A DNA stretch of 64,000 nucleotides from an uncultured Thermoleophilia bacterium (GTDB lineage: Bacteria > Actinomycetota > Thermoleophilia > UBA2241), in contig CAVUGS010000012.1 in assembly GCA_963741075.1 (NCBI GenBank), forward strand, positions 26,351 through 90,350, written 5' to 3'. Below are positions 47,404-56,814 of the stretch, one piece after another. Position numbers and translations under genes: made by a program. Position 1 is the stretch's first letter. Each line of letters begins with the position of its first letter. The notes beneath the pieces are model-generated. The model was not told the origin of the DNA. It worked only from the letters and a program-made list of their open reading frames with translations, and ran no database searches.

Positions 47404-48900
47404 TCAGTCTCCTATGGGCTGGAGGGAGCCGGCGATGCGCGCCAGTTCGTCCCTCGTGAGGTCGCCGGCCACGCTGACCGACACCTTACGGTCGCGGCCG
47501 GTGCTGACGTAGAGGTGTGGCCAGTCCGGCAGGCCGAGCACCACGCCGGCCGTCTGGCCGCGGAGGCTGCCGGTCGTGAGCTGGATACGGGTGGACTGGG
47601 CGAGCGCGACCGAGTTCTCGTCGAACGGGTCGTCTGAGCCGGGCGGGTTGTCCTGCCGCCAGCGGCTGACGATGCAGAAGCGGTCGAACCCGCGCCGGTA
47701 GGTGAGCACGACGGTGAGTGAGCCGACCTCGCCCTGGCGCACGGGACGGTACGCGCCGAGAAACGCGCCGTTCACCGCGCCGGTGACGCCGCTGAGACGG
47801 TAGCCGCGGGGGACCCACTCGGCCGCGTAGGGCGTGAAGCTGGTCGTCGCGCGCTCGCCGAGCGCGGCCGCCTGCCGCAGGCTCATGCGGCGGAACCGTT
47901 CGCTCATCGGCAGGAGCTTGTCCTTGACGTCGGCGGAGAGGCGGAACGTGCTCCGCGGCACGGCCCCGCCGACGCGTACGTTCTCGATACGCGTGCCGCT
48001 CACCTCGCCGTCGCTGCTCCAGTGCTCCACGGCGAGCGGGTAGCCGGACTGGGCGTCGACGACGATGCGGGCGGTGCCGTCGTCGCCTCCGCCCGCGAGC
48101 GGCTCCGGCACGGTGATGGACCAGGCGGTGCGCCCCTCCCACGTCACCGGAGTGACGGGGACATCGGGGTCCAGTTCGGCGATCACGGCGCGTGCATAGG
48201 CGGCGACGCTTCTGTCGAGCACCTGGGAGGCGCCCATCCACGGGCCGAAGAACGGGCCGGGATCCGGCAGGTCGCGCGCGACCTCGGAGTACAGCGCCTC
48301 GCCGTTGCGGAAGACGCAGCGACGCGCGACGCGCTTCACGGAATCGTAGGTGTAGGTGACGCCCCAGCCGGCCTGCTCGATGCGGTAGTCGCCGCCCGAG
48401 GTGAAGGTGAACGAGCCGACGGCGTGGGAGAACGGGCGGCCGCGCGCCGAGCCGTACTCGACGATATCGCCGCTGATGCTGCCGAGGTTCTCGAGCGCGT
48501 GCTGCACGCGGGCCAGCACGGTGCGGGCCGTGGCCTGCTGCGGCGTGGCCCGCTGGACGCCGGGCACGCCGGCCCAGGTGACGGCCACGGCGGCTACGAC
48601 CGCCGCCGCGACGGCTGCGACGGCGGCGAAGCGGATGCCGCGCCGCCGGCGCGGCGGCGCCGGCGGCACGCGCCGCGGGGCGCGGTACAGCGGAGGCGGT
48701 CCGCCGTCCGAGCCGGCGAGCTCGCGCATCCGCTCGCGGATGCGCTCGAAGTGGTCCGGGCGGTGCGCCGGCAGCGGCGACTCGCGCAGCTCGCGTCCCA
48801 GCTCGTCGTTCCAGCTCCCTCCTTCAGCGTGCGTGCGGCGGCCACTGAGCGGCGCGCCTTCGGCGCCCCGCTCGAAGACGTGGCTACGCCGGCCTTTCAC
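47404..48900 (-). CDS. Putative anti-sigma factor (cytoplasmic N-terminus, TM, LolA/RseB-like ectodomain)
   Basis: GTGA-coupled to the ECF sigma gene. One TM, large ectodomain. Confidence 0.7.
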   Translation of the reverse strand: MKGRRSHVFERGAEGAPLSGRRTHAEGGSWNDELGRELRESPLPAHRPDHFERIRERMRELAGSDGGPPPLYRAPRRVPPAPPRRRRGIRFAAVAAVAAAVVAAVAVTWAGVPGVQRATPQQATARTVLARVQHALENLGSISGDIVEYGSARGRPFSHAVGSFTFTSGGDYRIEQAGWGVTYTYDSVKRVARRCVFRNGEALYSEVARDLPDPGPFFGPWMGASQVLDRSVAAYARAVIAELDPDVPVTPVTWEGRTAWSITVPEPLAGGGDDGTARIVVDAQSGYPLAVEHWSSDGEVSGTRIENVRVGGAVPRSTFRLSADVKDKLLPMSERFRRMSLRQAAALGERATTSFTPYAAEWVPRGYRLSGVTGAVNGAFLGAYRPVRQGEVGSLTVVLTYRRGFDRFCIVSRWRQDNPPGSDDPFDENSVALAQSTRIQLTTGSLRGQTAGVVLGLPDWPHLYVSTGRDRKVSVSVAGDLTRDELARIAGSLQPIGD

Positions 48901-49466
48901 GACGTCTGCTCCCTCACATAGGCGTGCTCGCAGAGGAGCGTGCGCAGGCGGCTGCGGGCGGCGGCCAGACGGGACGAGACCGTCCCCTCCGGGACGCCGA
49001 CCACCTCCGCCGCCGTGCGGTAGTCGTAGCCGTACTGGTGGACGAGGATGACGAGCACGCGCTGCTCCACGGGGAGCTGGTCCAGCGCGTCCTCCAGGTC
49101 CGACCAGCGGGTGACGATCTCGCACGGGTCGTCGCAGGCGAAGTCCACCGGTGCGTCCTCGGACGTGAGCAGCTGGAAGCGGCGCTCACGACGCAGGTAG
49201 TCCAGGCAGGTGGTGTAGGTGATGCGGTAGAGCCACGTCCCCACTTCGCTGTCCCCGCGGAACGTGCGCAGCGCCTGATACGCCTTGAGAGAGGCGTCCT
49301 GCAGCGCGTCGTCCATCAGGACCGGGTCGCGGAGCATGCGGAACGCGAGGGCGCGCAGGCGGCTGTCGTAGTGCTTGAGCACGCGCACGAACGCCTCACC
49401 GTCGCCGCGCCGTGCGGCGCTCACGGTCTGCTCGTCGATCTCGCGTTCCGCCGGGTCGTAGGTCAC
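48897..49466 (-). CDS. ECF RNA polymerase sigma-70 factor
   Basis: DALQDASLKAY, FRGDSEVGTWLYRI, GVPEGTVSSRL. Confidence 0.93.
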   Translation of the reverse strand: MTYDPAEREIDEQTVSAARRGDGEAFVRVLKHYDSRLRALAFRMLRDPVLMDDALQDASLKAYQALRTFRGDSEVGTWLYRITYTTCLDYLRRERRFQLLTSEDAPVDFACDDPCEIVTRWSDLEDALDQLPVEQRVLVILVHQYGYDYRTAAEVVGVPEGTVSSRLAAARSRLRTLLCEHAYVREQTS

Positions 49467-49699
49467 GGGCTCGCATCCTGCCCCCGCTGTAGGCCGTGGG
49501 GCTGCTGGGAGGTTAGACGCCGCGTCGGTGTGGATCCGTCGTCCGCGGCGTTTCCGTGTGCGCCGATTCTATCGCCGCAGCGAGCAGGCCGCCCGCCGGG
49601 TGGGCGGGCGGCCTGCTGGTCGCGCTGCTCGTGTGCTGCCGGTCCCGGCGTCTTCACGTCCGAGCCGGTCCCCTGGCTCGTCGGTGCGCGGCTCCGGCG

Positions 49700-50722
49700 T
49701 CACGGCACGGAGTACGTGAGCCCGTTGCTGAGGTAACCGGTGAGCTTGTAGGCCTGACCGCCGCTGAGCTGCTCGTACACGTAGCTGCCCGGCGCCGTGC
49801 CCGGGGCCATCGGCTGGCTGGTGAACGGGTTGGTCGGCCAGGGGTCCACGTACTGCGAGAGGCCGCCGCCGTCGACGACGTCCTGCGGCGGCGGGTACAG
49901 GTTGTTGTTGTCGGCCGCCCAGGCCACGATGCCGACCTGCAGCTTGGCGATGTTGGCGACGGCCTGATTGTCGGCCGTGGGCGAGCCTGATGGGCTCGGG
50001 GTCGGCGACGTGGTCGGCGACGGCGAGGCGGAGGGCGATGGCGACACGGTCGGCGTGGGTGAAGGCGTCGGGGTGGCCGGGAGCAGCACCTCGACGCGCA
50101 CGAAGTACACGGGCTCGATCGACAGGTCGCCGGCGGCGAACTGGAGTTGGAGGCGATCGCCCGCTTCGTGGGTGAGCGTCCCCTGGACCTTGCCGGTCAC
50201 GCCGGTGAGTCCGATGGCCGAGGCCTGCACGCTGATCCTGAGCTCGCCGTCGACGAGGTCCGCGGTGGTGGTGCCGACCTTCTCGAGCCGGCCGTCGTAC
50301 TGGGAGATCGCGAACTGCTCGCCGGACCGTTTGATGATGAGCCCGCCGCCCGTGCCGGATTCCGGCGCCCAGTTGCCGATGAACTCGTCGCCGGCCGTGG
50401 TGGAGTCCGTGGGCCGCAGGTAGAAGTACCACAGGGCGGCCGCGGCGGCGACGACGGCGAGGACGATGAGGAGCCAGACCCACCAAGGGACGCCTCCGCC
50501 CTCGTTGCTGCGGCCGCGCGTCATCATCAGCGTCGGCTGGCTGGGGGGCGGCGGAGGAGCTGCGCCCGCCGCCGGCATCACCCGCGTGGCGCCGGTGTCG
50601 GAGCCGGGCATGACCTGCGTCTGGCCCTCGTCGGCCGGCGGCATCACGCGCGTCTCGTCGTCCGGCGGCGTGACCCGGGTCAGCTCGGTGTCGTCGTCTG
50701 GCAGTCTGCGCTCATCGTCCAT
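49700..50722 (-). CDS. Bitopic membrane protein: TxVMP-repeat tail, TM, beta domain, P/T linker, C-terminal WPxNP domain
   Basis: Intact 340 aa. C-terminal YPPP..WPTNPFTSQPMAPGTAPGSYVY. Confidence 0.82.
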   Translation of the reverse strand: MDDERRLPDDDTELTRVTPPDDETRVMPPADEGQTQVMPGSDTGATRVMPAAGAAPPPPPSQPTLMMTRGRSNEGGGVPWWVWLLIVLAVVAAAAALWYFYLRPTDSTTAGDEFIGNWAPESGTGGGLIIKRSGEQFAISQYDGRLEKVGTTTADLVDGELRISVQASAIGLTGVTGKVQGTLTHEAGDRLQLQFAAGDLSIEPVYFVRVEVLLPATPTPSPTPTVSPSPSASPSPTTSPTPSPSGSPTADNQAVANIAKLQVGIVAWAADNNNLYPPPQDVVDGGGLSQYVDPWPTNPFTSQPMAPGTAPGSYVYEQLSGGQAYKLTGYLSNGLTYSVP

Positions 50723-50788
50723 GCTCGCCCTCCACGCCGGGTGACGCTCGCGCGCCGTCAGTGGTTCGCCTCTACTACTTTGCCCAGT

Positions 50789-52075
50789 TCAGCCGATTCC
50801 CTGTTCCAACGCGGCCCAGAGATCGAAGAACGTGGGGCAGGTCTTGGCGACGCAGCCGGGGTCCTCGATCACGATCCCGGGCACGCGCAGGCCCAGGACG
50901 GAGAACGCCATGGCGATGCGGTGGTCGTCGTGGGGGTCGACGGAGGCCGCGCGAGGCGTGCCGGGGAACACGCGGAGCCAGTCGGGGCCGGACTCCGTCT
51001 TCACTCCGGTCCGGCGCAGGTTCTCCTCCACGGCGGCGATGCGGTCTGATTCCTTGAGCCGCACGTTGCCGATGCCGGTGACGGTGACCGGCGAGGTCGC
51101 CAGCGGCGCGATCGCCGCCAGCGTCATGAAGGTGTCGGGGATGTCGGTCATGTCGACGGTGAGGCCGGCCAGCGCAGCCGGGCCGGCCACGCGCACGCCC
51201 TCGGGCTCGTCGTCGACCGTGCAGCCCATGCACTCGAGCACGTCGAGGAACGCCACGTCGCCCTGCAGCGCGTGCTCGCGGTGCAGGCCCAGGACCTGCA
51301 CGCGGCCGGCGACCGCCGCCGCGGCGAAGAAGTACGAGGCGGTCGAGGCGTCGGGTTCCACGTCGTACTCGCGCCCGTCGTACGACCCCGGCGCGACGAC
51401 GAAGCGGTCGTCGCCGGCGTCGTCCGGCCGTGCGCCGAACTGCTCCATCATGCGCAGGGTCATGGTGACGTAGGGCCGGCTGACGAGGCCCTCGACGCGC
51501 AGGTCCAGGGGGGCGTGGCCGAGCGGCGCCGCCAGGAGCAGCGCCGAGACGAACTGGCTGGAGGTGTCGCCGGGGAGCCGCAGCACGCCCCCGGCGAGAC
51601 CGTGAGCCTGGAGCGTGAACGGCAGGCCGACGGCGTCGTCAGGCTCGGTGCGGGCGCCTTGCGCGCGCAGGGCGCCCAGCAGCGGGCCCAGCGGCCGGCG
51701 CCGCAGCTGCGGCGCCGCGTCGAACCGGTAGGCGCCGTCACCGGCCGCCGCGGCGGCGAGCAGGAACCGTGCGGCGGTGCCCGCCTCCGCGCAGAAGACG
51801 TCGGCGGCGGTCGCCGGGAAGCCGCCGCCGGCGCCCGTGACGAGCAGGTCGTCGCCCCGGCGCTCGACGGCGACGCCCAAGCTGCGCAGGCCGGCGGCGA
51901 ACGCGTCGGTGTCGCCGGCCTCCAGCGCGCCTCGCAATACGGACGTCCCCGAGGCGAGGCCGGCCAGGAGCAGCGCCCGGTTGGTCACGCTCTTGGATCC
52001 CGGCACGCGGACGACGACGTTCAGATCGGTCCGGGCAAGGCGGAGGGCGCGGGAGTCGCGGGTGGCGTCACTCAT
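50789..52075 (-). CDS. aroA: 3-phosphoshikimate 1-carboxyvinyltransferase
   Basis: PGSKSVTNR, SSQFVSALL, RLKESDRI, DDHRIAMA, KTCPTF. TAGGAT -10 lies 7 nt before ATG. Confidence 0.96.
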   Translation of the reverse strand: MSDATRDSRALRLARTDLNVVVRVPGSKSVTNRALLLAGLASGTSVLRGALEAGDTDAFAAGLRSLGVAVERRGDDLLVTGAGGGFPATAADVFCAEAGTAARFLLAAAAAGDGAYRFDAAPQLRRRPLGPLLGALRAQGARTEPDDAVGLPFTLQAHGLAGGVLRLPGDTSSQFVSALLLAAPLGHAPLDLRVEGLVSRPYVTMTLRMMEQFGARPDDAGDDRFVVAPGSYDGREYDVEPDASTASYFFAAAAVAGRVQVLGLHREHALQGDVAFLDVLECMGCTVDDEPEGVRVAGPAALAGLTVDMTDIPDTFMTLAAIAPLATSPVTVTGIGNVRLKESDRIAAVEENLRRTGVKTESGPDWLRVFPGTPRAASVDPHDDHRIAMAFSVLGLRVPGIVIEDPGCVAKTCPTFFDLWAALEQGIG

Positions 52076-52194
52076 GCCTTGCATCCTATCCCAGCCTCGG
52101 TGACCCTCGAGCCGGTCAGTCGACGTTGACTGCGGCGCGAAGCGGGTAATACTGAACGGATACGATGGCGTGGGCAAGCTTCGGGGGAGGCTTC

Positions 52195-52659
52195 GTGACG
52201 CGCAGGGGATTCCTCAAATGGCTGATTGCCGGCTTCGGCGCACTCTCGCTCGCCGGCGTGCTCTATCCGGTCGCGCGCTTCCTCAAGCCGCCGGCCGCCG
52301 TCTCGGCCGCTATCGGCCAGGTCGTCAACGCCGGCGCCCTGGAGACGTTCCCCGCCGGCCAACTCACGGCGATCATCGTCGGCGGCCAGCCCGCGGCGGT
52401 GCAGAACCTGAACGGCAAGTACACGGTGTACTCGCTCATCTGCACCCATCTGGGCTGCGTCCTCGGCGTCACCGGCGATACCTTCGCCTGCCCGTGCCAC
52501 GGCAGCAAGTTCTCGGCCATCGGCACCGTCACGCACGGACCGGCGACCCTGCCGCTGCCGACCTATCGCTCGCAGACCCAGAACGGCTCGCTGCTGGTCG
52601 GCCCGATCGACCTGAGCCGCGCCAAGTATCCGGCCTGGTACACGGGAGAGTTCGCATGA
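52195..52659 (+). CDS. Rieske iron-sulfur protein (Tat signal)
   Basis: TRRGFLKW, CTHLGC, CPCHGS. Alternative start at 52165. Confidence 0.93.
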   Translation: MTRRGFLKWLIAGFGALSLAGVLYPVARFLKPPAAVSAAIGQVVNAGALETFPAGQLTAIIVGGQPAAVQNLNGKYTVYSLICTHLGCVLGVTGDTFACPCHGSKFSAIGTVTHGPATLPLPTYRSQTQNGSLLVGPIDLSRAKYPAWYTGEFA

Positions 52660-53348
52660 CCACGACCGAGGGCAGTCCCGGCGCCCCTGCGCCCGTGGAG
52701 CGTGGCCTCGTCCCCTGGGTGGTCCGGCGCCTCGGGCTCACGGCCACCATGGAGGACCAGTACAACCGCATCGTGCCGAAGCACGCCACCAATTACATCT
52801 ACTGCTTCGGCGGCGTCGCCTTCATCCTCTTCGTCATCCTCGCGGTCACCGGCATCCTGCTGGCCGTCTACTACCAGCCGACGCCCGACACGGCCTATCA
52901 GAGCGTCCTCAACATCTCCGTGCACGTGCAGTTCGGCTGGTGGATCCGCTCGATCCACCGCTGGGCCGCCGGCGGGATGGTCCTGCTGGTCTTCGTGCAC
53001 CTGCTGCGCGTCTTCTTCACCGGCGCCTACAAGGCGCCGCGCGAGCTCAACTGGCTCACCGGCGTGGCGCTCCTCCTCATCACCCTGGGCTTCGGCTTCA
53101 CCGGCTATCTGCTGCCGTGGGACCAGAAGGCGTACTGGGCGACCAAGGTCGGCACGGACATCGCCGGCTCGGTGCCGCTGATCGGTCACTTCCTGCTCGT
53201 GAGCCTGCGCGGCGGCGACCAGATCAGCGCCGCCACGCTCGGCCGCTTCTACGACCTCCACGTGCTGGTGCTGCCGGCCATCATCGTGGTGCTGCTCATC
53301 GGGCACTTCTGGATGATCCGCCGTCACGGCATCTCAGGGCGGCTGTAG
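52656..53348 (+). CDS. Cytochrome b N-terminal (b6-like) subunit
   Basis: FGG..TGILLAVYYQP, RSIHRW, VHLLRVF, GYLLPWDQKAYWA, FYDLHV. Ends after helix D. Confidence 0.95.
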   Translation: MTTTEGSPGAPAPVERGLVPWVVRRLGLTATMEDQYNRIVPKHATNYIYCFGGVAFILFVILAVTGILLAVYYQPTPDTAYQSVLNISVHVQFGWWIRSIHRWAAGGMVLLVFVHLLRVFFTGAYKAPRELNWLTGVALLLITLGFGFTGYLLPWDQKAYWATKVGTDIAGSVPLIGHFLLVSLRGGDQISAATLGRFYDLHVLVLPAIIVVLLIGHFWMIRRHGISGRL

Positions 53349-53356
53349 GGGGCCCG

Positions 53357-53806
53357 ATGGCGAAGGCGAAGCGCAGACAGTACCCGACCAACGAGCCGCC
53401 GCGGTTCTACTGGGAGATCTGGCGCGACCCCGGGCAGGGCTACATCCCGTACTTCTGGGAGGAGCTCACGTCCCAGGCGATGATCCTCTTCCTCTTCCTC
53501 GGCGTGATCGGGGGCATCGCGCTGCTGTGGCCGGCCGATCTGGCGCCGCAGGCGAACGTGCTGGTCACGCCGTCCGGCATCAAGCCCGAATGGTACTTCC
53601 TCGGGCTGTTCCAGTTGATCAAGGTCATCCCGGAGATCGCGGGCCTGGTGCTCGTTGCGGTGGTCGTCGTGCTGATGGTGATCCTTCCCTTCGTCGACCG
53701 CAGTCCCGAGCGCAATCCGCTGCGTAAGCCCGTGACGACGACTATCGCCGTCGTCATCGTCGTCGCCCTCGTCGCCCTCACGATCTGGGGCGCGGTGACG
53801 CCGTGA
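53357..53806 (+). CDS. Cytochrome b C-terminal (subunit IV-like)
   Basis: IKPEWYF, LPFVD. Confidence 0.92.
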   Translation: MAKAKRRQYPTNEPPRFYWEIWRDPGQGYIPYFWEELTSQAMILFLFLGVIGGIALLWPADLAPQANVLVTPSGIKPEWYFLGLFQLIKVIPEIAGLVLVAVVVVLMVILPFVDRSPERNPLRKPVTTTIAVVIVVALVALTIWGAVTP

Positions 53807-53820
53807 CCACAGGAGGCACG

Positions 53821-54674
53821 ATGAAGCGCATTCCTGTGCGGGCCTGGCCCGCGCTCCTCGTCGGGCTGGCTCTCGCCGCCGCCGGATGCGCGAGTCTGGC
53901 GACGCCCGAGGCACCGAGCACCGGGTCCCCGGCGGCCACGGCCGTCGCCAACCTGAGCCAGCAGGTCAAGGACGGCGGGCAGCTCTACGTGAGCCTGGCC
54001 TGCGTCCGCTGTCACGCGCCCAACGGGGTCGGCGGCGTCCCGAATCGGCTCAACGTGGGCGGCGACAGCACGATCCCGCCGCTCAACAACCAGTTTCGCG
54101 ACCAGAGCGAGCAGTTCCGCAGCGCACCACAGATCAGCCAGGTCCTCCAGGAGGGCGCCATCCTCAGCAAGAAGCCCGGCGTGATCAACATGCCGTCGTG
54201 GAAGGGCGTCATCAACGATGCGCAGGCGAACGCGATCGCCGCCTACATCCTCGCGGGGTTCCCGGACACGGGTGCGACGTATGACCCCGACCCCGCGAAG
54301 GCGGCCGACATCTACAGCGCCTACGCCTGCATCGACTGCCACGGCCAGGTCGGCGGCACATCTCTCCCGTCGCCGGCGCCGAACCCGAAGACCGAGGACA
54401 AGCTCGTGCCCGCCTGCGCAACCCGGACGATCCCGTCCCGATGAGCGAGCTGCGCTCGGTGCTGATGGAGGGGTCGATCCCCGACCCCGGGACGAAGGGC
54501 GTCATCTTCATGCCGGCGTGGGGCCAGATCCTCTCTACGGACCAGGTGAACGCGATCCTGCCGTACATCGTCGACGGGCCAAAGGCGACGAAGCTTCCGG
54601 CACCGGAGCCCGCCTCGCCGCTGCCGCTGTCCGGCGGCTCGTCCATCACTCCGTCGTCTTCGGCGTCGCCGTGA
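53821..54674 (+). CDS. Di-heme c-type cytochrome lipoprotein (frameshift near 54420)
   Basis: Lipobox LAAAGC, CVRCH and CIDCH, distal Met motifs INMP/IFMP. Internal duplication. Confidence 0.85.
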
Positions 54675-54985
54675 TGAACGGGCTCGCCCTCATCCTTGCG
54701 CAGGGGATCCCCCTGGCGCCATCCCTGCAGGTGCGGCTCATCGCGCTGGTGGTCGTCGAGCTCGTCCTCCTCACGACCGCGGTGCTGCTCTACCTGCTGT
54801 GGGTGCGCCTCAAGGGCGAGCCGCTCGACGAGTGGTGGGAGCGGCGCATGCGGGGCGGGTTCTCGCCGCGCACGAGGGCCCTCATGGAGGAAGAGGAGCG
54901 CGAGCGGCTGGCGGCCGTCGCTGCGGGCGGCGCCTCCCCGACGACGAAGGGGCCGCCCGGGTCCGAGGGCGGAGCCGGCGACTAA
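54674..54985 (+). CDS. Small single-TM protein at the end of the bc operon
   Basis: TGATG coupling, one long hydrophobic helix. Confidence 0.55.
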   Translation: MNGLALILAQGIPLAPSLQVRLIALVVVELVLLTTAVLLYLLWVRLKGEPLDEWWERRMRGGFSPRTRALMEEEERERLAAVAAGGASPTTKGPPGSEGGAGD

Positions 54986-55023
54986 GCCAACGGCTCTCCA
55001 GGCCGCACCCCCGGTACGGGGCC

Positions 55024-56001
55024 TCAGCCGGCCAGTGCTCTGGCGTACAGTTCGTAGGCGGAGGTCGCCTGCATCCCGGCGCGCTCGTACAGGCGCAGCG
55101 GCCGGGTCTCACCCTCGGCGTCGACGCCCAGGTCCACGCGCAGCTGCCCGCGGGCGAAGAACGCGGCGAGGGCGTGCGCCAGCAGGGCCCCGCCGAGGCC
55201 GCGACGGCGCCAGGGACGGCGCACGCCGAGGCCTTTGATCCAGCCGAGGTCGCCGTGGTCGTAGGCGACGAGGCCACCGACGGCTTCGCCCGTGTCTCCG
55301 TCCCAGGCGATCCACCACAGGTCGGGGTCGAAGTCGGCGTGCCCGAGCAGGCGGGCGCGCCAGGCGTCGAAGGGCTCCTGGCTCTGGCGGAAGTGGTCCT
55401 CGAACGCCTCGTTCATCAGTCCGTACAGCGCGCGCTCGTCGGCCTCGAGCCGGAAGGGCCGGATCTCGAGGCCCGCGGGAACCTCCGCGAACGGGGCGCC
55501 GCCGCTGAGGTCGGCCGTCATCCGGTACACGGTGCGCGCGAGGGTGTAGCCGTGGCGCCGCAGGAGGTCGCGTTTGGCCCGGTTGGCGGCCATGCAGAAG
55601 ACGTCCAGCTTCGGTTCGGGGTAGCCGCGCTCCACCGCGAGCTGCGCGGCCCGCCGCTCGGCGAGGCCGAGCAGCCGGCCGCCGAGCTCCGGCTCGTGAT
55701 GCGCGGGATGCACCCACAGGTCGGCCTCGAGCTCGCCGGTGCGGAACTGGTCGCCGGCGTAGGCGTAGCCCACGAGCCCTTCGGGTCCCTCCGCCACCCA
55801 GGCGTCGCGGGACGGGTCGAAGCCCTCCATGGCCCAGTCGTTCTCGAGGTCGTCGAGGGTGCTGTCGGGCTGTCCGACCTCCGCCACGTCGCAGGCGCAC
55901 AGCAGGTCGACGATCTCCGGCAGGTCGCCGCGCGTGGCGGGCCGGATGCGGCTTGGCGCGCGGAGCCCGCCTTCCGTGGCTTGTCTACGGCGGCTGTTCA
56001 A
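55024..56001 (-). CDS. Tandem-GNAT acetyltransferase (MshD-like architecture)
   Basis: Two GNAT folds: WVHPAH..LGGRLL and GVRRPWRRRGLG..LYERAGM. Confidence 0.8.
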   Translation of the reverse strand: MNSRRRQATEGGLRAPSRIRPATRGDLPEIVDLLCACDVAEVGQPDSTLDDLENDWAMEGFDPSRDAWVAEGPEGLVGYAYAGDQFRTGELEADLWVHPAHHEPELGGRLLGLAERRAAQLAVERGYPEPKLDVFCMAANRAKRDLLRRHGYTLARTVYRMTADLSGGAPFAEVPAGLEIRPFRLEADERALYGLMNEAFEDHFRQSQEPFDAWRARLLGHADFDPDLWWIAWDGDTGEAVGGLVAYDHGDLGWIKGLGVRRPWRRRGLGGALLAHALAAFFARGQLRVDLGVDAEGETRPLRLYERAGMQATSAYELYARALAG

Positions 56002-56710
56002 GTGGTCTCCGCCGCGTCCTTGGTGAGCGGGATGGTCTGGTCGAAGTCGTCACCCGATGGAGCCGTGCCCACGATGCGCAGGTCGAGGTGGGTCGCGTCC
56101 ACGCTGCCGAAGATCATCTTGAAGTCGCCGGCGAGCGCCTTGAGCGTCGCCTTGAAGGCCTCGGCGTTGCCCTCGCCCGCCATCTGCGAGAAGTCGTCCA
56201 CGGTGATGACCAGGTCGGTGCCGTCCAGGTGAGCCGGCACGGTGATCTTCTGACTCTGGTCGTTCCCTGTGATGGCGACGGAGAACGCATCGCCCTGCTG
56301 CGCGACGGCGATGCTGGCGATGCCCTGCTGGGTGGCGGCCGTCCAGGTGCCGAGGAACTCCTCGCCGGTGGTGGCCGGACCGCGGAGGACGAAGAACCAC
56401 ACGAGGACGATGGCGATGACGGCGATGACGCCGATGACGAGCACCAGCTTGAGCAGGCCGGACGAACCGGCCGCGGCCGGCGCCGCGCCGCCGCGGGCTG
56501 CGGCTGGTACTCCGGCCCCCACTCACCTTGATTGCTGGAGGCCGGCGGAGCTCCGTAGGCCGGCGCGCCTGCGGCGCCCCCGTAGGCGGGGTGATAGTCG
56601 CCGGCGCCGGGAGCCGCGGCCATGCCGGCGCCGGCGACCGGCGCCCCGCACACGCCGCAGGTCCAGTCACCGTCTTTGAGCGGAGCACTGCAGCTGGGGC
56701 ACTCGGCCAT
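55998..56710 (-). CDS. Zinc-ribbon + TM + extracellular beta-domain protein (frameshift near 56520)
   Basis: CPSC..CGVC, then TM (LLKLVLVIGVIAVIAIVLVWFFVL), then EEFLGTW domain. Confidence 0.7.
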
Positions 56711-56814
56711 CAGATCCCCCTCGGGAGCCGGCTTCTGCGGCTGCGCAGACTCCGCGCGGCCGCCACGCCAAGTCTATCGGCTCGGGGACGCGCAGCCATG
56801 ACTCCGGCGCGCCG

